From contig CM007989.1 in the NCBI GenBank assembly GCA_002189035.1, positions 2,542,001 to 2,606,000 on the forward strand: a stretch of DNA of 64,000 bases, written 5' to 3'. Within the stretch, counting starts at the first letter, position 1. The number at the start of each line of letters is the position of its first letter. A program made the translations under genes and the position numbers. The notes under the pieces are model-generated. The model did not search any database. It was given only the letters and a program-made list of their open reading frames with translations, and was not told the DNA's origin. Below, one piece after another: positions 1-15,369 of the stretch. This stretch comes from Utricularia gibba. Lineage: Eukaryota; Plantae; Magnoliophyta.

Positions 1-1560
1 GAATACATGTCGCAGTCCACATTTAGAATTACGGGTCCATTGCTGATTTCAGATGACACCCTTATCTGCAATTTACGGTCACAAACACTCAAGAAATTAT
101 CACAATGAAAAAAAAAACTGCATACCAGTGAAGATAACAAATAAATAAAAGAAAAACTGACACAGAAAGTTCTTAGGCTTACCAAAGCATTCATAGCTCC
201 AGCTTTATAGTTGTGAAAATATTCTGGTCGCTTCTCACGAGCCAAATAGACCAGAGTTGGCAGCACGCATCCTTCGACATCCCTGGATTCTGCATCTTTC
301 CCATCTATTACTATCTGAAAAAAAAAAGAAATAAATAACGATACATATCAGACTCATACGATCCCAGTCAATACTGTCTCCGTAAATAAAGAGAGAAACA
401 TTGCTCTTTTTACTTGCAAAATGGTGTCATGATCATTTCTGGATGAAAATGAATCCCACTTAGAGAATCCTTTGTGCCCCATAGATGCATTTTTGGATAC
501 TCTGTCCATATTCTTTGCAAGTTCAATCCTATTTTCCATGTCTTGATAGAGTTTCTTCGTAAATGAAAGGAAAAGTGAGTAATACAGCACATAATAATAT
601 ATTCATTGATGAGGTAGAGAAAATACCTGGATTGAAGAAAAATGCAGAGCCTGATGCTCATCAAGGTTGTCTGGCACTATCTGAAAGTATGCCATGGGTG
701 CTCTTGGTTCAACATTGTATTTCTTGCAATATGGGATCCAATGCCTAGCGAAGTGGGAACACTCCAAAAGAGCGTAGAATGTAAGATCAGAACCAGCATC
801 ATCAGAGAGATAAACGGACAGTTTCTCTGGTGGATAATCATAGGCCATCACTGATAAAACTGTATTCATGACCATCACAGGAGGCTCCGTTTTTGGATCA
901 GCCGTGCAAACGAAAACATCGACTCCAGGCAAATCATCGCCAAACCTATTCATTATCATCATTCAATTAGCATAAGAAAAGATCAGGCCGACTAAAAGCC
1001 AAGTTCTCATCCCAAGCCTGCTGCTCCAAGTCTTCCAAAACATTCAATTTCATCATAATGACTCTAACCACCTGCTATTACTCAGTTAATTCAAGTCTTT
1101 CAAATTGTGATAAACTAAATTACTCCTCCAGATGTTAACTTCTTCCAAAATAATGCTCTTGACTGAAGTAGTAAACAGCTAGATATAAGAGACTACAGAA
1201 GCAAAACCACTGATCCATAACTTTGGCATATGGTAGGTGTACAATCGCATAAACGAGAAGCCTTCAAGAAAACTGAAATAAAGGGAAGATATACCTTTGT
1301 GAGAGCCTGTCCTTAAACGTATGGCGATAAACCCGGTTCCAACGATGAGCCTGTGTGAGAACCCAATAGAATCCAAACCATAATTCGGCTCCAAACATAC
1401 CCATCCATACAAACCATCCATTTTCAGGGATATGAGTGGATCTGTAATACCAAATGAGAATAATTCCAAGAAACACTGAAGCTGCAAAAAGTTTGTAGAA
1501 GAAACTGCCTTTCGCTTTCGTAGTTTCAAATAGTGGGGCATATGAAGCACCGCCACCCAT
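1..1560 (-). CDS. CSLE: Cellulose synthase-like E protein, 5' part; the gene runs off the left edge
   Basis: Exons ~1560-1295 ([13 protein letters not shown]...[14 protein letters not shown]), ~945-630 ([21 protein letters not shown]), ~550-410, ~315-180 ([10 protein letters not shown]...KAGAMNAL) and <75 ([12 protein letters not shown]). These are CesA/CSL GT2 motifs with a CSLE-type N-terminus. Confidence 0.9.
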
Positions 1561-2003
1561 TTTGCAACACAAGCTCCAATAAATCTGCGTTCATCTAGAC
1601 GGTATATATCACCATCCAAAGCTATCATCTTGAAAATGATGATGGATGAATTGTCAAACTTGTCTTTGAATCAAAAAAATTTTTAAACGGCACCACACAA
1701 TTTTATATTCAGCCTGTCACACACAAACTGTCGATTGTGAGACTTGAAGAAGCAGCCACCGCCGCCCACTAACCACATGATTCGTGCATCCCACCCTTCT
1801 CGCCAAAATCCCGTCGCTAATGGCGGGAAATATCCTCAGCCGATGAGGGAGTCTCCGGTCGGTCGGCACCACTTTTTCGCTAAAACTAATCACCTGATTA
1901 TTAAATTATTAATAATCCATAAATTCCTTTTTTGTTTTTCAGAATTAAATCTTTAATTAAACCGTTTATTTGACAAACACTCGGAAGAAAACCCAGAAAT
2001 AGA

Positions 2004-3412
2004 TTAGCAAAGTTCGCCTGTTTTGCAGTTCAAGATTCCGGCGGACGGTGGCACGATGTCAGTCAGCATCGAAGCCGGAAGAGCAACCATGCTCGACGCC
2101 TTCGCGTAGCTTTCCGGCGCATCATCGCCGGACGTCGTGAAATGTGACCCATTCAGTAGCAAGTCGCCATCCGATCTCCAATTCCAGTTCATCCACTCGT
2201 CGTCTCCTTCCGGAACCTCCCGCTTCGTTATCTACAACCGCCACCGTGAACATCAATCAGTCTCCCATCGTAAGTGGGGTTAAATGTAAAAGGTTGGCCA
2301 ACCTCCTTGACGGATTCGGATGCAATGAAGACATTCCCTTGACTGTTTATAGTCGGATTCGCGCTCCCTCCGATCGCATACATCTCCCATCCTGCGTAAA
2401 TGTTGTTAACTATGTGGAAGTAGCCATGCCTACACCTGCCACAACAAGGTACGCCACAGCTCTTCGTATGATCCAAAGTTGGAATTTTTACTCTGTTTTA
2501 CCTCGGAATCCTCTGTACCAAGCCGTGTCCGAAGTAGTTGAACGCAAGGGTCACCTGCATGATCCTGTCGCCGAGGAAGTCGTCGCTATGCCCATCAGCA
2601 TCGCCTCATTGTGATCAAACATATAGTTGTTTGAAATGGTTATTCCCGTCGAAGCCCACACGATGTCGATGAGGCCATCGTTGCAATTACTCAACGTGCA
2701 GTGGTCGATGAGGACATCCCGAGCATTGAAAATGGAGATTCCATCACCGTCGGAGATCCCCCTCAGCTGGTAATGGTTAGGTGCGTCGGTGACAATGGTG
2801 TTCCCTCCGGGACACAGTGGTGTATGTAGATGCCATGAATGATGATATTGGTGACGTTCTGTATGGTGATGCAGGGGCCATCGGATATCTCCACGACGGA
2901 TCCTCTGCCGTCGATGGTCTTGTACGAGTTCATGATCAGCTCTTCCTGCAAAACAATTCTCATATCCCGTTCAAAGATGATCCAAAGGGGCTCACTCTGG
3001 ATCAATGCGTGCCTCAGCATACCCTGCGTCGGATCCCTGGGATCGTCACTCTCCGTCGTCACCACGTAGAACTCCCCGTCTCGTCCGCCGACCGCATTCC
3101 GCCCGAACCCAATAGCGCAATCGGCTAGCGCTTTCCGATGAGCCTCCCAATCCGGATCGCACCGCCAACAGTCATCCATAGGATTCCCCGTCTGGCACCC
3201 CCTCCGCCATTGCCAGCACTGGAGCTACTAGAGCCCTCCTCTCCATTTCCCCTGCGTAACAACATTACACTGCTCCTTGAGTCAAGTAGCTTCACATTCC
3301 CAAGTAGAGAAAGGGGACGAACGTACCATGGAAGAGAGGGATACCAGTGGGATCGAGCACACGAAGAAGAAGCAAAAAAGGCCAAGACCATGATGCGGAG
3401 TGGCGTCGCCAT
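2004..3412 (-). CDS. Pectate lyase (PL1), divergent; the frame is broken by several single-G deletions
   Basis: Signal peptide; [11 protein letters not shown]; LADCAIGFG; PLWIIF; KTIDGRG; DGDGISIF; DGLID; [12 protein letters not shown]; [19 protein letters not shown]. Restoring one G in about 6-7 G runs gives a full-length protein over 4 exons. Confidence 0.9.
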
Positions 3413-3995
3413 GCTCAATACTGAACACTTGAAAGCTTGTGGGTTTATAGATGGGAGTGAGACGCAGTGAGGTTGGTGGAAAGATGAAATTCATGGCGTT
3501 GCATTAAGAGCGATTAAAAGGTGTTGAGATAGTGTACGACGAGGATGGAGTTAGGGCAGAGCATGCTTTGGTTGTTAGATGTCGGAATGTCTGTGTAATC
3601 AACATCAGCCGAGGAAGTAGGTTAAATAGGTATTTTTCTATTATAAATATATAATATATTTTTTATGTAGGAAAAAAGATGTGGAGAATATTAGTCCAAT
3701 GTAAATATGGGTGGTAACTATATTCATTTTTTAAAAATAAAATAAAAAATAGAGTAAATGGATTTGGGGTCGTAAATGTAAATTTGACAAAGATGGTGGG
3801 CATAGGCGTAATTTGGGGAAGTTCGTTGTATTTTAGGGTTAGGGCTTTTTGTTTCTTACCGGGGTTAATTCAGTACAGTGATAATGGGGGAATTTTGTTT
3901 CTTTTCTCATTGATCTATGAGGTGGGCCGATTCGATAATTCTAGGTACGGGGCAGGGGATCTTATTGACGGATTCGAGCGGAAGCGGCGACGCCC

Positions 3996-4917
3996 ATGGC
4001 CTCCTCTCCTCTGCCCACTGCGACTCCAGTTGAGGAAGAAGATGAGTGGGGTGGGTTGTTCCGCTTATTCATCGATTTTTATGCTCAATTTCGTGCGCGG
4101 GTGTTTTTTTTTTTCGATTCATTTGATGTTAACAGTTGCAGAGCTGAATTTGAATTCCCAAGTACTGGAATGATGCTAGTTTGGATTCCGGGGAATGAGG
4201 GCTATTCCTTTTTTAGACCATGTTCTAGATCAAGCATCTTCTTGATGATTGTAGTTCACATGTTTGTAATGAATTTTAATTTTGTCTTGTTGTATAACAG
4301 AATTTGCTCAAGGATTTAACTAATGAGTATCTCTAGGCATTAAGTTTATGGTGAAACTGCTGTTTTTTTAATAGTTTGTTTTCGAGGTGGGTATACAATG
4401 TAGTGCCCATCTGGATTCCAGCTCATGAAATCAATGCTTATTAATTCTTCCCATATGTTTTTGAAGACGCTGATGGATTTGTAATTCCAAGCTTGGGGAT
4501 CGAAGAACTGGTACTGAACGAAGTTGATTTTCCAGCTGTAAAAGATTCTAAACCACCTGAGGTTGATACTGTGAATCCCTTGTTATTGTGCTATGATATG
4601 AAGTGATAGTTTTAAACAGACTTGTTTTTTCGCAGGTAAAGAAACAAGAGGACATTTATCTGGGGCCCCATGGAGTTCCTCCATCACAAGCAAGACAGAT
4701 GGAGAACAACTCTTTGAATCGCAAGAAGAAGTTCAAGCAAACAGTAAAGGATGCAAATGCTCGATACAACGGAGTCGGAAGGGAGAATAAGGTTGATTCC
4801 CTGAGGGAGCTTGTGGGTGGTGGAAAGATGCCTGTGATGACATCCAGGAGTTCATCTAGGGATTGGCTCGACCCTCATTGTCATGAATCTCAGTTTGATC
4901 GGAGGCGCCTACCGTAG
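3996..4917 (+). CDS. Small uncharacterised plant protein (~143 aa)
   Basis: Exons 3996-4050, 4467-4561 and 4636-4917 join in frame with GT-AG ends. Motifs EDEWDADGFVIPSLG, IYLGPHGVPPSQ, RENKVDSLRELVGGG and DWLDPHCHESQF match my recollection of a conserved plant family of unknown function. Confidence 0.75.
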
Positions 4918-5331
4918 AAACATTCCCAACAAGCATCAACCTTCTGGATCATCGTCTGTTGTTTCAATAAGGAGCTACCAACACAAACATGTACCCTTGA
5001 CATTAGTTCGTTTGTGGCAGTAAACATCATTTAATCTTCATTTATGCTCCTCAATCTCTACCAAATAAAAATGATAAATTGTTTTACATATTCAATGCAT
5101 ACCTTATATGGAAACAGTATTTTTTCCTTAATGTCTCCATGAATTGAACGAAAGCAGCCATCAGGGCCTGAGTTCTTATCATCGAAATGGGTCGTATTAT
5201 CAGACAACGAAACGTGCCATGCAACACTGGTAGTGAATCGGGGGAAGAAGAAGCTGTACATTTAAATGTGTATCACATAGTGGAATAGGAATGGTGAATC
5301 CCCCGGACTGTATATACTGAGCTAGAGCACC

Positions 5332-6742
5332 CTAGAGTTTGAGCCACATCTCCCCGCTTATGAAGCTCCTGTCAATGTACCACTTTGCCTCTTGGTCAGT
5401 CAGTGCTTTTGACCATGGCGCTCTCCCTCTTCTATCTGATCCTCTCCCAGTGCACTCATACTCTCCGAACTCCACGGTCCTGCAAACCCAAAACGACATT
5501 CATTGCAACCGGATGGCAGTAATCAACTGTCGAAGAATCAGAACAAGGACCAACCTTTGCCTGGAGGGGCTTCCCCAGTCAGTCCATCCAACCGGGAAAA
5601 CATCAACGTTCATGTTGCACCTCGAGAAGATGACTCTCGAGTAGTCTCCCCACGCTCTGGCTAAGTAAATCCGTCCATTTCCAAAGATGTCACAGTCCAC
5701 AAAGGAGAATCCGGTGTCTTCCCCTGCCCAGCTCCTCTTCTGTGCTGCTATGGAGAACGCATATCCCACTAGGGAGATCTTGCACTCCTACCGCAACGAT
5801 AAGCATGGAGGTGAGCTCAGTTTACTTGCAGTTTGAAAGGGAAGAGACTAACCTGATAAAGCGATCTCCCATTGCCAAAGATGAAATCAGTCGTGCCCTG
5901 AATCATGCATTGGTAGAAATAGTGTGTTCCCACTTCATCCAACAGTGTGTCTTGGTATCCAAGAAAGTTTGCCCTGAAGAAAACCGACTTGTCTCCGGCG
6001 ATCCGGAGAGCAACCGCCTGGTACCCCTGCGCTCCCGGAGTAGGAATCGACACGGTGTTCTGTCGAAAACACACGCAGTTTAGCAGGATTTCGTGCAGTA
6101 GCAGTAGCAATGAGTTTACAGGATGGATGGATTGCCTCAAAGGTGATCCCTGATGCGCAAAAGAAATCCGATTCAACGGCGACGGTGGCGGAGCGTTGCG
6201 TACCGACGTCGGCAGCCTTGTCGTGCCACCGGATCACCGTCGACCATGGATTGGATGGATCTCCGATCATTGAGATGAAAGGCTTTGACGCAGGGATGAA
6301 AATCTTTTCACTGCCCCGTTTTAATATCAACGTAAAACCAAGTAAACACCAACTTCAGTTTTCATCTCCGGTAAAAAAAAAAAAAAAAAAAAAAAAACCA
6401 CCCACTACTCGACAACATGCAAGTGGAAAGACGAACTGAGTAACAAAAAACCTGTAGACTCCTGGTGTTATGTGTATCTTAACTCTGACACTATTGCCTT
6501 CCGGCACGGAATTTACGGCGGCCTGCAAGGTGGTGAAATCCCCACGGCCATACTTATCCACCACGATGATTCTACCATCGCCGGCGGCGTCGACTCCGGC
6601 CATAAACGACCTCCCGGTGCGAAGCAACAAATCATCCACGTTATATAACTGTTGTCCCCCGAACGACCCCCCCTTCCACCACAAGGAAAAGAAGAACCGC
6701 CGAAACGAAACGACGAAGAGTAAACGGTCGGGAGACGTCCAT
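5332..6742 (-). CDS. QRT1: Pectinesterase, QUARTET1-like (type II PME, no PMEI pro-domain)
   Basis: IIVVDKYGRGDF, SDFFCASGITFENTV, QAVALRI, QDTL, DFIFG, LARAW and the EMWLKL* end. Five exons. Two single-G deletions must be restored in exon 1 to give DNSYITWDDL. Intron 2 has a GC donor. Confidence 0.88.
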
Positions 6743-7445
6743 TTTGACGGGACGACGGAAGAAGATGAGTTGAGAGTTGAGACTGAGCTATGGGGTCGGG
6801 CGGTTGAAGACTTTGTAGTGGAGACGGCTCCCCGTGCCACGGAGGGAAAGTGTATCTTCACACGAATTTCTCCAACTGATTTTCACCTATTTTCTTAAAA
6901 AATATATATATTAATATTAAGATTTGATGAGAAGATTAATATTTTCACAACAATTAAAAATGTTTTTAATTATTCCTTTAATAGTGTAGATGTATATTAC
7001 ATATATTTAATGATTTTAAGCGTATTTATTTTCTTATGGACATTCTCCATAAATGCAGAGATCGCCTTAATTACCTATTTATTATTCGGATACTTAGCAT
7101 AATTAACACATTTAATTTATATTAACGGAGCCATTGTTTAGTCACGTGTTCTAAATCCATTCATACTATATTTTTTTAAACCATAATACTCTAATTTTAC
7201 AAAACACACGAATATGATAGAGTATCACAAACTTACTATATCATTTGCTTTCGATACAATATCCTTATCAACATGTTATTCACTACATAGCATTTTGAGT
7301 CAATAGTTAAGATTTTCCTTTGAAACACTATTTTTATGGTTTTTTTTAACAATTTAAAACATTTATTATTAATCAACGAGGAATTCTTAATGGTGCATGG
7401 GGGTACAATGTCTTGATCTAACACATTGCACAGCTGGAGAGGAAC

Positions 7446-10576
<3,131 letters not shown>

Positions 10577-11184
10577 CGTTAACCTGTTAAACGAAGCAGC
10601 GCCGTAGCGGCAGCGGAGTGTAAAGCTACCTACGGCTCCTAGTACTCGCTCGATCCGCTTGCTGGTGGTTGCCCACCGAATGGTCCGTCACGTGCTTCCA
10701 ACATCCAAAAGCCACCACCAACAAGTCACAATTTTCAATATTTATTACCATATGTCACACACGCCATATAATATATATTTGAAATGTAATTAAATTATTA
10801 CCAATTTTGGAAAATAATAATTAAAAGGGATGACTTTAACAAAAGCGAATTAATTATTTTTTTAATGATTTAAATCGAGTTTATTAATTTTTAAATGGAA
10901 CCAAAAATGGAAAACAGTAATACCCGAACCAACTCTACCATGGCACCATTAGGTGTACCATGGTCCAACCACATGCAATCCGCGACAAAACCACATCATT
11001 ATTGGATAAGAAGGAAGTCAACGCCATATTCACCATCAACACAATCCCAAGAAGGAATTCTTCAGATCCCATCAAAGCACAATTACTCCTACCAGGAATA
11101 ATGCGCTTGTGATCAACTTTCTGTCTGTGTGTATGTTCACTTGTTGTCAAGGGCTTTGATTAGGGCTTAGAATGTCTGTCACTT

Positions 11185-12135
11185 GTCACCATCGTCATCA
11201 TTGACCTGCTTGAAGAAGGGATCTTTGAGAAGATCAGCAGCAGAAGGCCGAGCCATGGGGGAGCCAGGCACTTCTCAATGAAGGCCTTCACCTCTGGGTC
11301 CTTGACCTTGCTGATGGACTGGGGTTTTACACCGGAGGTTACCTTTCTGTAGATCTTAACCACATTTTCGCATTCTCTGTATGGTAGCTCGCCGGTCACC
11401 ATCTCCAGTACACACATTCCGTAAGAGTATATGTCTACCAGTTCTGTGTACTTCTCCTCATACAGCTCAGGAGCCATAAATTCTGGTGTTCCTAATAATG
11501 AGTGCGCCAAACGGTTCTTCCCAACTATTGCTGCCAACCCCAAGTCACCAATCTTCACCTGAAAAATCCAATATTTGTGATGTAACTCTGAAGCGCAAGA
11601 GTAGCAGAGATTTTATGTAGCAGAGTATCTGAAAGGAACGAGAAGGTGTCACCTGGCCAATGTTGCCATTGACAAAGATGTTGCTGCAATTCAGATCTCT
11701 ATGAATGACACAAGGTTCATGAGTGTGCAAATAGTTCAAGCCCTTCAGAATCTGCAACGACCACTTCTTGAGAGCCTTGAGTGAAACCTGGGTATGCTTC
11801 TTCCTGTATTCCCTTAAATTCCCAGAGTTGCAAAAATCAGTGATAAAGTTCAGGTGATTTCTTCCCTGATCCCTCCAGACTGAATACAAAGCAACTATAC
11901 TTTTGTGCTTCAGAGTCCCTAACAACCGAACCTCCGAATATAAGCGATTAATCATGGCTTCATCATCCGAGAAGTTTCTTAACTTAACTTGATTCCATGC
12001 CACCTCAATTCCCTCCTCTTCATCAAACGCCCTGTAGACTCTCTTAACAGCTCCAGCACCCAATAACTCATCATACCGTCCATATCTCCCAGTTGGATCA
12101 ATTTCAACAAATGGCTCCTTAACTTGATCTCCCAT
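11185..12135 (-). CDS. WNK11: WNK-family Ser/Thr kinase, short WNK11 type
   Basis: [43 protein letters not shown]|VKIGDLGLA and GTPEFMAPE; two coding exons. Adding one C at ~11257-11261 restores the [14 protein letters not shown]...DDDGDK* tail. Confidence 0.92.
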
Positions 12136-12336
12136 ACCAAAAACAGTCACCCGAAAAAGGTTTTGGGTGTATGTGTGTGAACCTCAAACGATCTGCAAAA
12201 GGCACACCCTAAAAACAAGTAAGAAAAAGTGAACTTTAAACAACCCCAAATGACCTTCACACCAATAACAAACGATCCACTGAATAATAAAAAAAATAAC
12301 GTCCTAGGCATTTCGTGGAACACCCTGTAGGTGGAA

Positions 12337-12399
12337 CTACCATTTTACAGCACGGATTGGGAAGCCAGTGCCGGAGAAAGCAAGCCGCGGAGGAGACAT
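12337..12399 (-). CDS. Candidate uORF in the WNK11 leader (MSPPRLAFSGTGFPIRAVKW*)
   Basis: ATG at 12399 and TAG at 12337-12339, just downstream of a TATA-like tract (~12445-12455) and upstream of a putative 5'UTR intron (~12256-12195). Confidence 0.45.
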   Translation of the reverse strand: MSPPRLAFSGTGFPIRAVKW

Positions 12400-13128
12400 G
12401 AAGAGGTTGCACAGTAGTTGTATCACCCTGGACTGGATCACGTGTATATATTAATAAAAAAAGTTGACAAATTGATTTCCAATATCTCATGCTTTTACAA
12501 GACATAAATGCTGGTCCAAATTGTTGGACTCACCAGCTCCACTACTTCACCCCTACTCAAATTTCCAAGCACCCTAATTCATTCACCTGGATCGAAAAAC
12601 AACACAACAATGTTGTAGGGCTAAAATTAAATCTTGCATCTAACCCAATAACAAATCAAATTAGGCACCAATCTGAAAACCCAGAAACATAATCAATTCC
12701 ACTCATTAACAGAGGGATCAACCGCCCCCCACACTACGTAAATAGTGCATGCAAGACCTCAGGTGGAACGAGCCCCACCAATCCACCATCCAAATTGGTA
12801 CCATGTACTTTCCGATTTGATCCTTTTCGCTTGTTGTCTCCGTGTAGGGTTTCCGTCCCCGGTTTTTGACGCAGGTGGCTGATAGACAACCGACTTGTAG
12901 CCTTGTTGGATGTCTTTGAATGATGAAGAACCATTTCATGCGGCTCATTTTGCCTTCAATTTATAGATAGTTTTTTTTATGGATATATATTTAAAACGCT
13001 TTTAATATATTTATTTAATTAACAAATCTGGAGTGGTGCAACTGCTTTTGTTTTTTCGGATTCCTCTCATATCTGGGGGATGCTACCGGAGGTTTCGTGA
13101 TCTGCGGGTTGGAGGAGGGAAGATGACA

Positions 13129-14137
13129 GAGGCAGATTGAGCAGCTGAAGCGATGCGAAACGCTCAAGTAATCGGAAGTAAAAGCCTTGTGTATCAAGGC
13201 TATGGAAATCCTCGTCGAGGCGAGCAACGTTCAGCGAGTTGATCCTCCGGTTACTGTGAATACATGGAGAATGATTCGCTTTTTCGATTAGACACTTATC
13301 TTTCGTTGTTGAAACTACGTTTGTACTTTTGAATGAAGGGCCTGAAGTATATGACAAAAATGATAGTAAATTTGATGCTTGAGAATGTCTGTTCACAGGG
13401 AAGTAGCAAAATGAATCACTTTCATCAATGAATATGATTTTCATGTTTTTTGTAACTTGATGCAGATTTGCGGTGATCTGCCCATCCACAAACAGTAGGA
13501 GGAAACTGTCCTTAGACAATTTATCTGTTTCTTGGAGATTTTGTTGATCGGGGCTTTTACTCAGTAGAGACATTTCTACTGCATCTTGCTCTGAAGGTTT
13601 ACATATGTCTCTACTCGCAGTTATAATTATTGATCTATTCTTCCAATGAAAAATATGTTTGTTAGTTTGCCTATTCAGAAAAACTTTCCCCGTGTGTGAT
13701 CTCTCCTATAGTCAGAGGCAGAAGACATCGTTGATGGCTGGGGCCTGAGCCCTCGTGGAGCAGGATTCCTTTTCGGAAGCAGTGTAGTGACCACATTTAA
13801 TCACGCAAATAATATCGATTATTTTAATGACTTCTCCCTGCTTCTCAAAAAATCACCTTGAGTATTCTAATGACTCTCCTCTTCTCTTCAGGTGTGGAGA
13901 TGTAGCTGCCACCCTCCAACGCAATGAAAACCTGGGGAAGCAATTCCTCGTATTTGAAGCTGCTCCACAGGCAACCTTTTTGTGTTTCAGTGCGGATAAA
14001 TCAAGACAAGCCATCATGATGCCGGCTGACTCCAAAGTTCATACATATGTATATCCTCCCTCACACCATTTTTACATTCAAACGCAGGAGGCAAGAGGAC
14101 CCGCTTCCAAAAAGCCACCTCCGGATTACTTCTTCTA
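13129..14137 (+). pseudogene. PPX: Unprocessed pseudogene of the protein phosphatase 4 catalytic subunit (PPX)
   Basis: Remnants [76 protein letters not shown]...VFEAAPQ and KKPPPDYFF*. Stops at 13169 and 13513; the start is eroded; GDIHG is broken; the GNHE, RAHQ and SAPNY exons are absent; introns are retained. Confidence 0.9.
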
Positions 14138-15369
14138 GGAACCACCACAATGGCATGAATGCGAATCCTTGGTGCATGATCAGTACACCCCAAAGGATTG
14201 TGACCTCTTGCAAGCAGTTCCCAGACACCCCATTGGCCGCCCCGGTGACTCCTCCAACCACTATCTTCCCTATACACATCCTGGCTGCTGCCCATATGGT
14301 ATTAATTTTTTCCCCCATTTGAATTGCAGTTTGCTTGTCAAAGAGAGGCCTACTAAATCAGTAATTAACTCATTCCCCCTTTTCATCCTGGCTGCCTTGC
14401 TGCTTATGCTATTTTGCTACAACAAGATTTTCTTTTACAGTCTAAAAGACGTCTACAGATGAAAAACGTAAGTAATGATTCCTAGATCAGATGTGGCCCA
14501 CCCTCTCCCCATCCCATATCTATACAACCTGTAAGCACTTTCTATCCCTCCCCCAGTTTTATCTAATAAATCAAGATTAAAAAAATGATCAATTTTTGTA
14601 TATAAAATCATCTATATTACACATCAAGGTGAAAGAATGAAGGTCACATAAAATTTACCATTGTGAATGATTCGACTCTATTACAAAACCTGTGATACGT
14701 ATATGTAAAAAAAATTGATTGTAGTATATGAAGTGGATTGAAAATGATAATAAACACATGTATGACTCTTTTTTTTTATCTGAAATAAAATAAATTAAGG
14801 ACGTGTCCTATTTTTTTTTATTAAAGTTATTTGGGGATTAATAATAGTATTAAACGACTGTTGGCATTGATTTTGTAATAATATTTTACGCATTTTTAAA
14901 TAAAAAAAAACGAAGAAAATCTGATTGCATCTCCACGGCAAAACCAGTTAGCCATAGAAAAACATTCAACTCCTTTATTGTGCTTTATTCCGCATACTTC
15001 CACTTACTAAAAATGGTAAAGTTTATAAGTTCCACATTTCCACCTTTTTAAACCCACCCGTAATTCGTCGCCCAAATCCCACACTAATCTTTTTAATAAT
15101 TACGAGGATCCAAAATCGAATTAATTAAACCGTATTATTATTCTTATTATTTTTTAAAAAAAACACATGGCCATGGCGACACGCACCACCTCCTCCTCGA
15201 GAATCGTTGGTTCCTGGTTGTGTTTGTGGGGGAGAAAAAGTTGCCGTCGTCATTAATGCAAAAGTTTGGTTGACCGAGAACCAAAAGATGGTATCGTCAT
15301 TAGTAAAGGGAGTGGAGGTGAGGACTCTATATAACAAAATTGGGGGGGCGAAGGAGGCGGGCATCATCG

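Noticed and set aside
14014-14462. Overlapping short ORFs after the PP4 pseudogene
   Set aside because: They are probably the relic 3'UTR, with no homology that I recognise.
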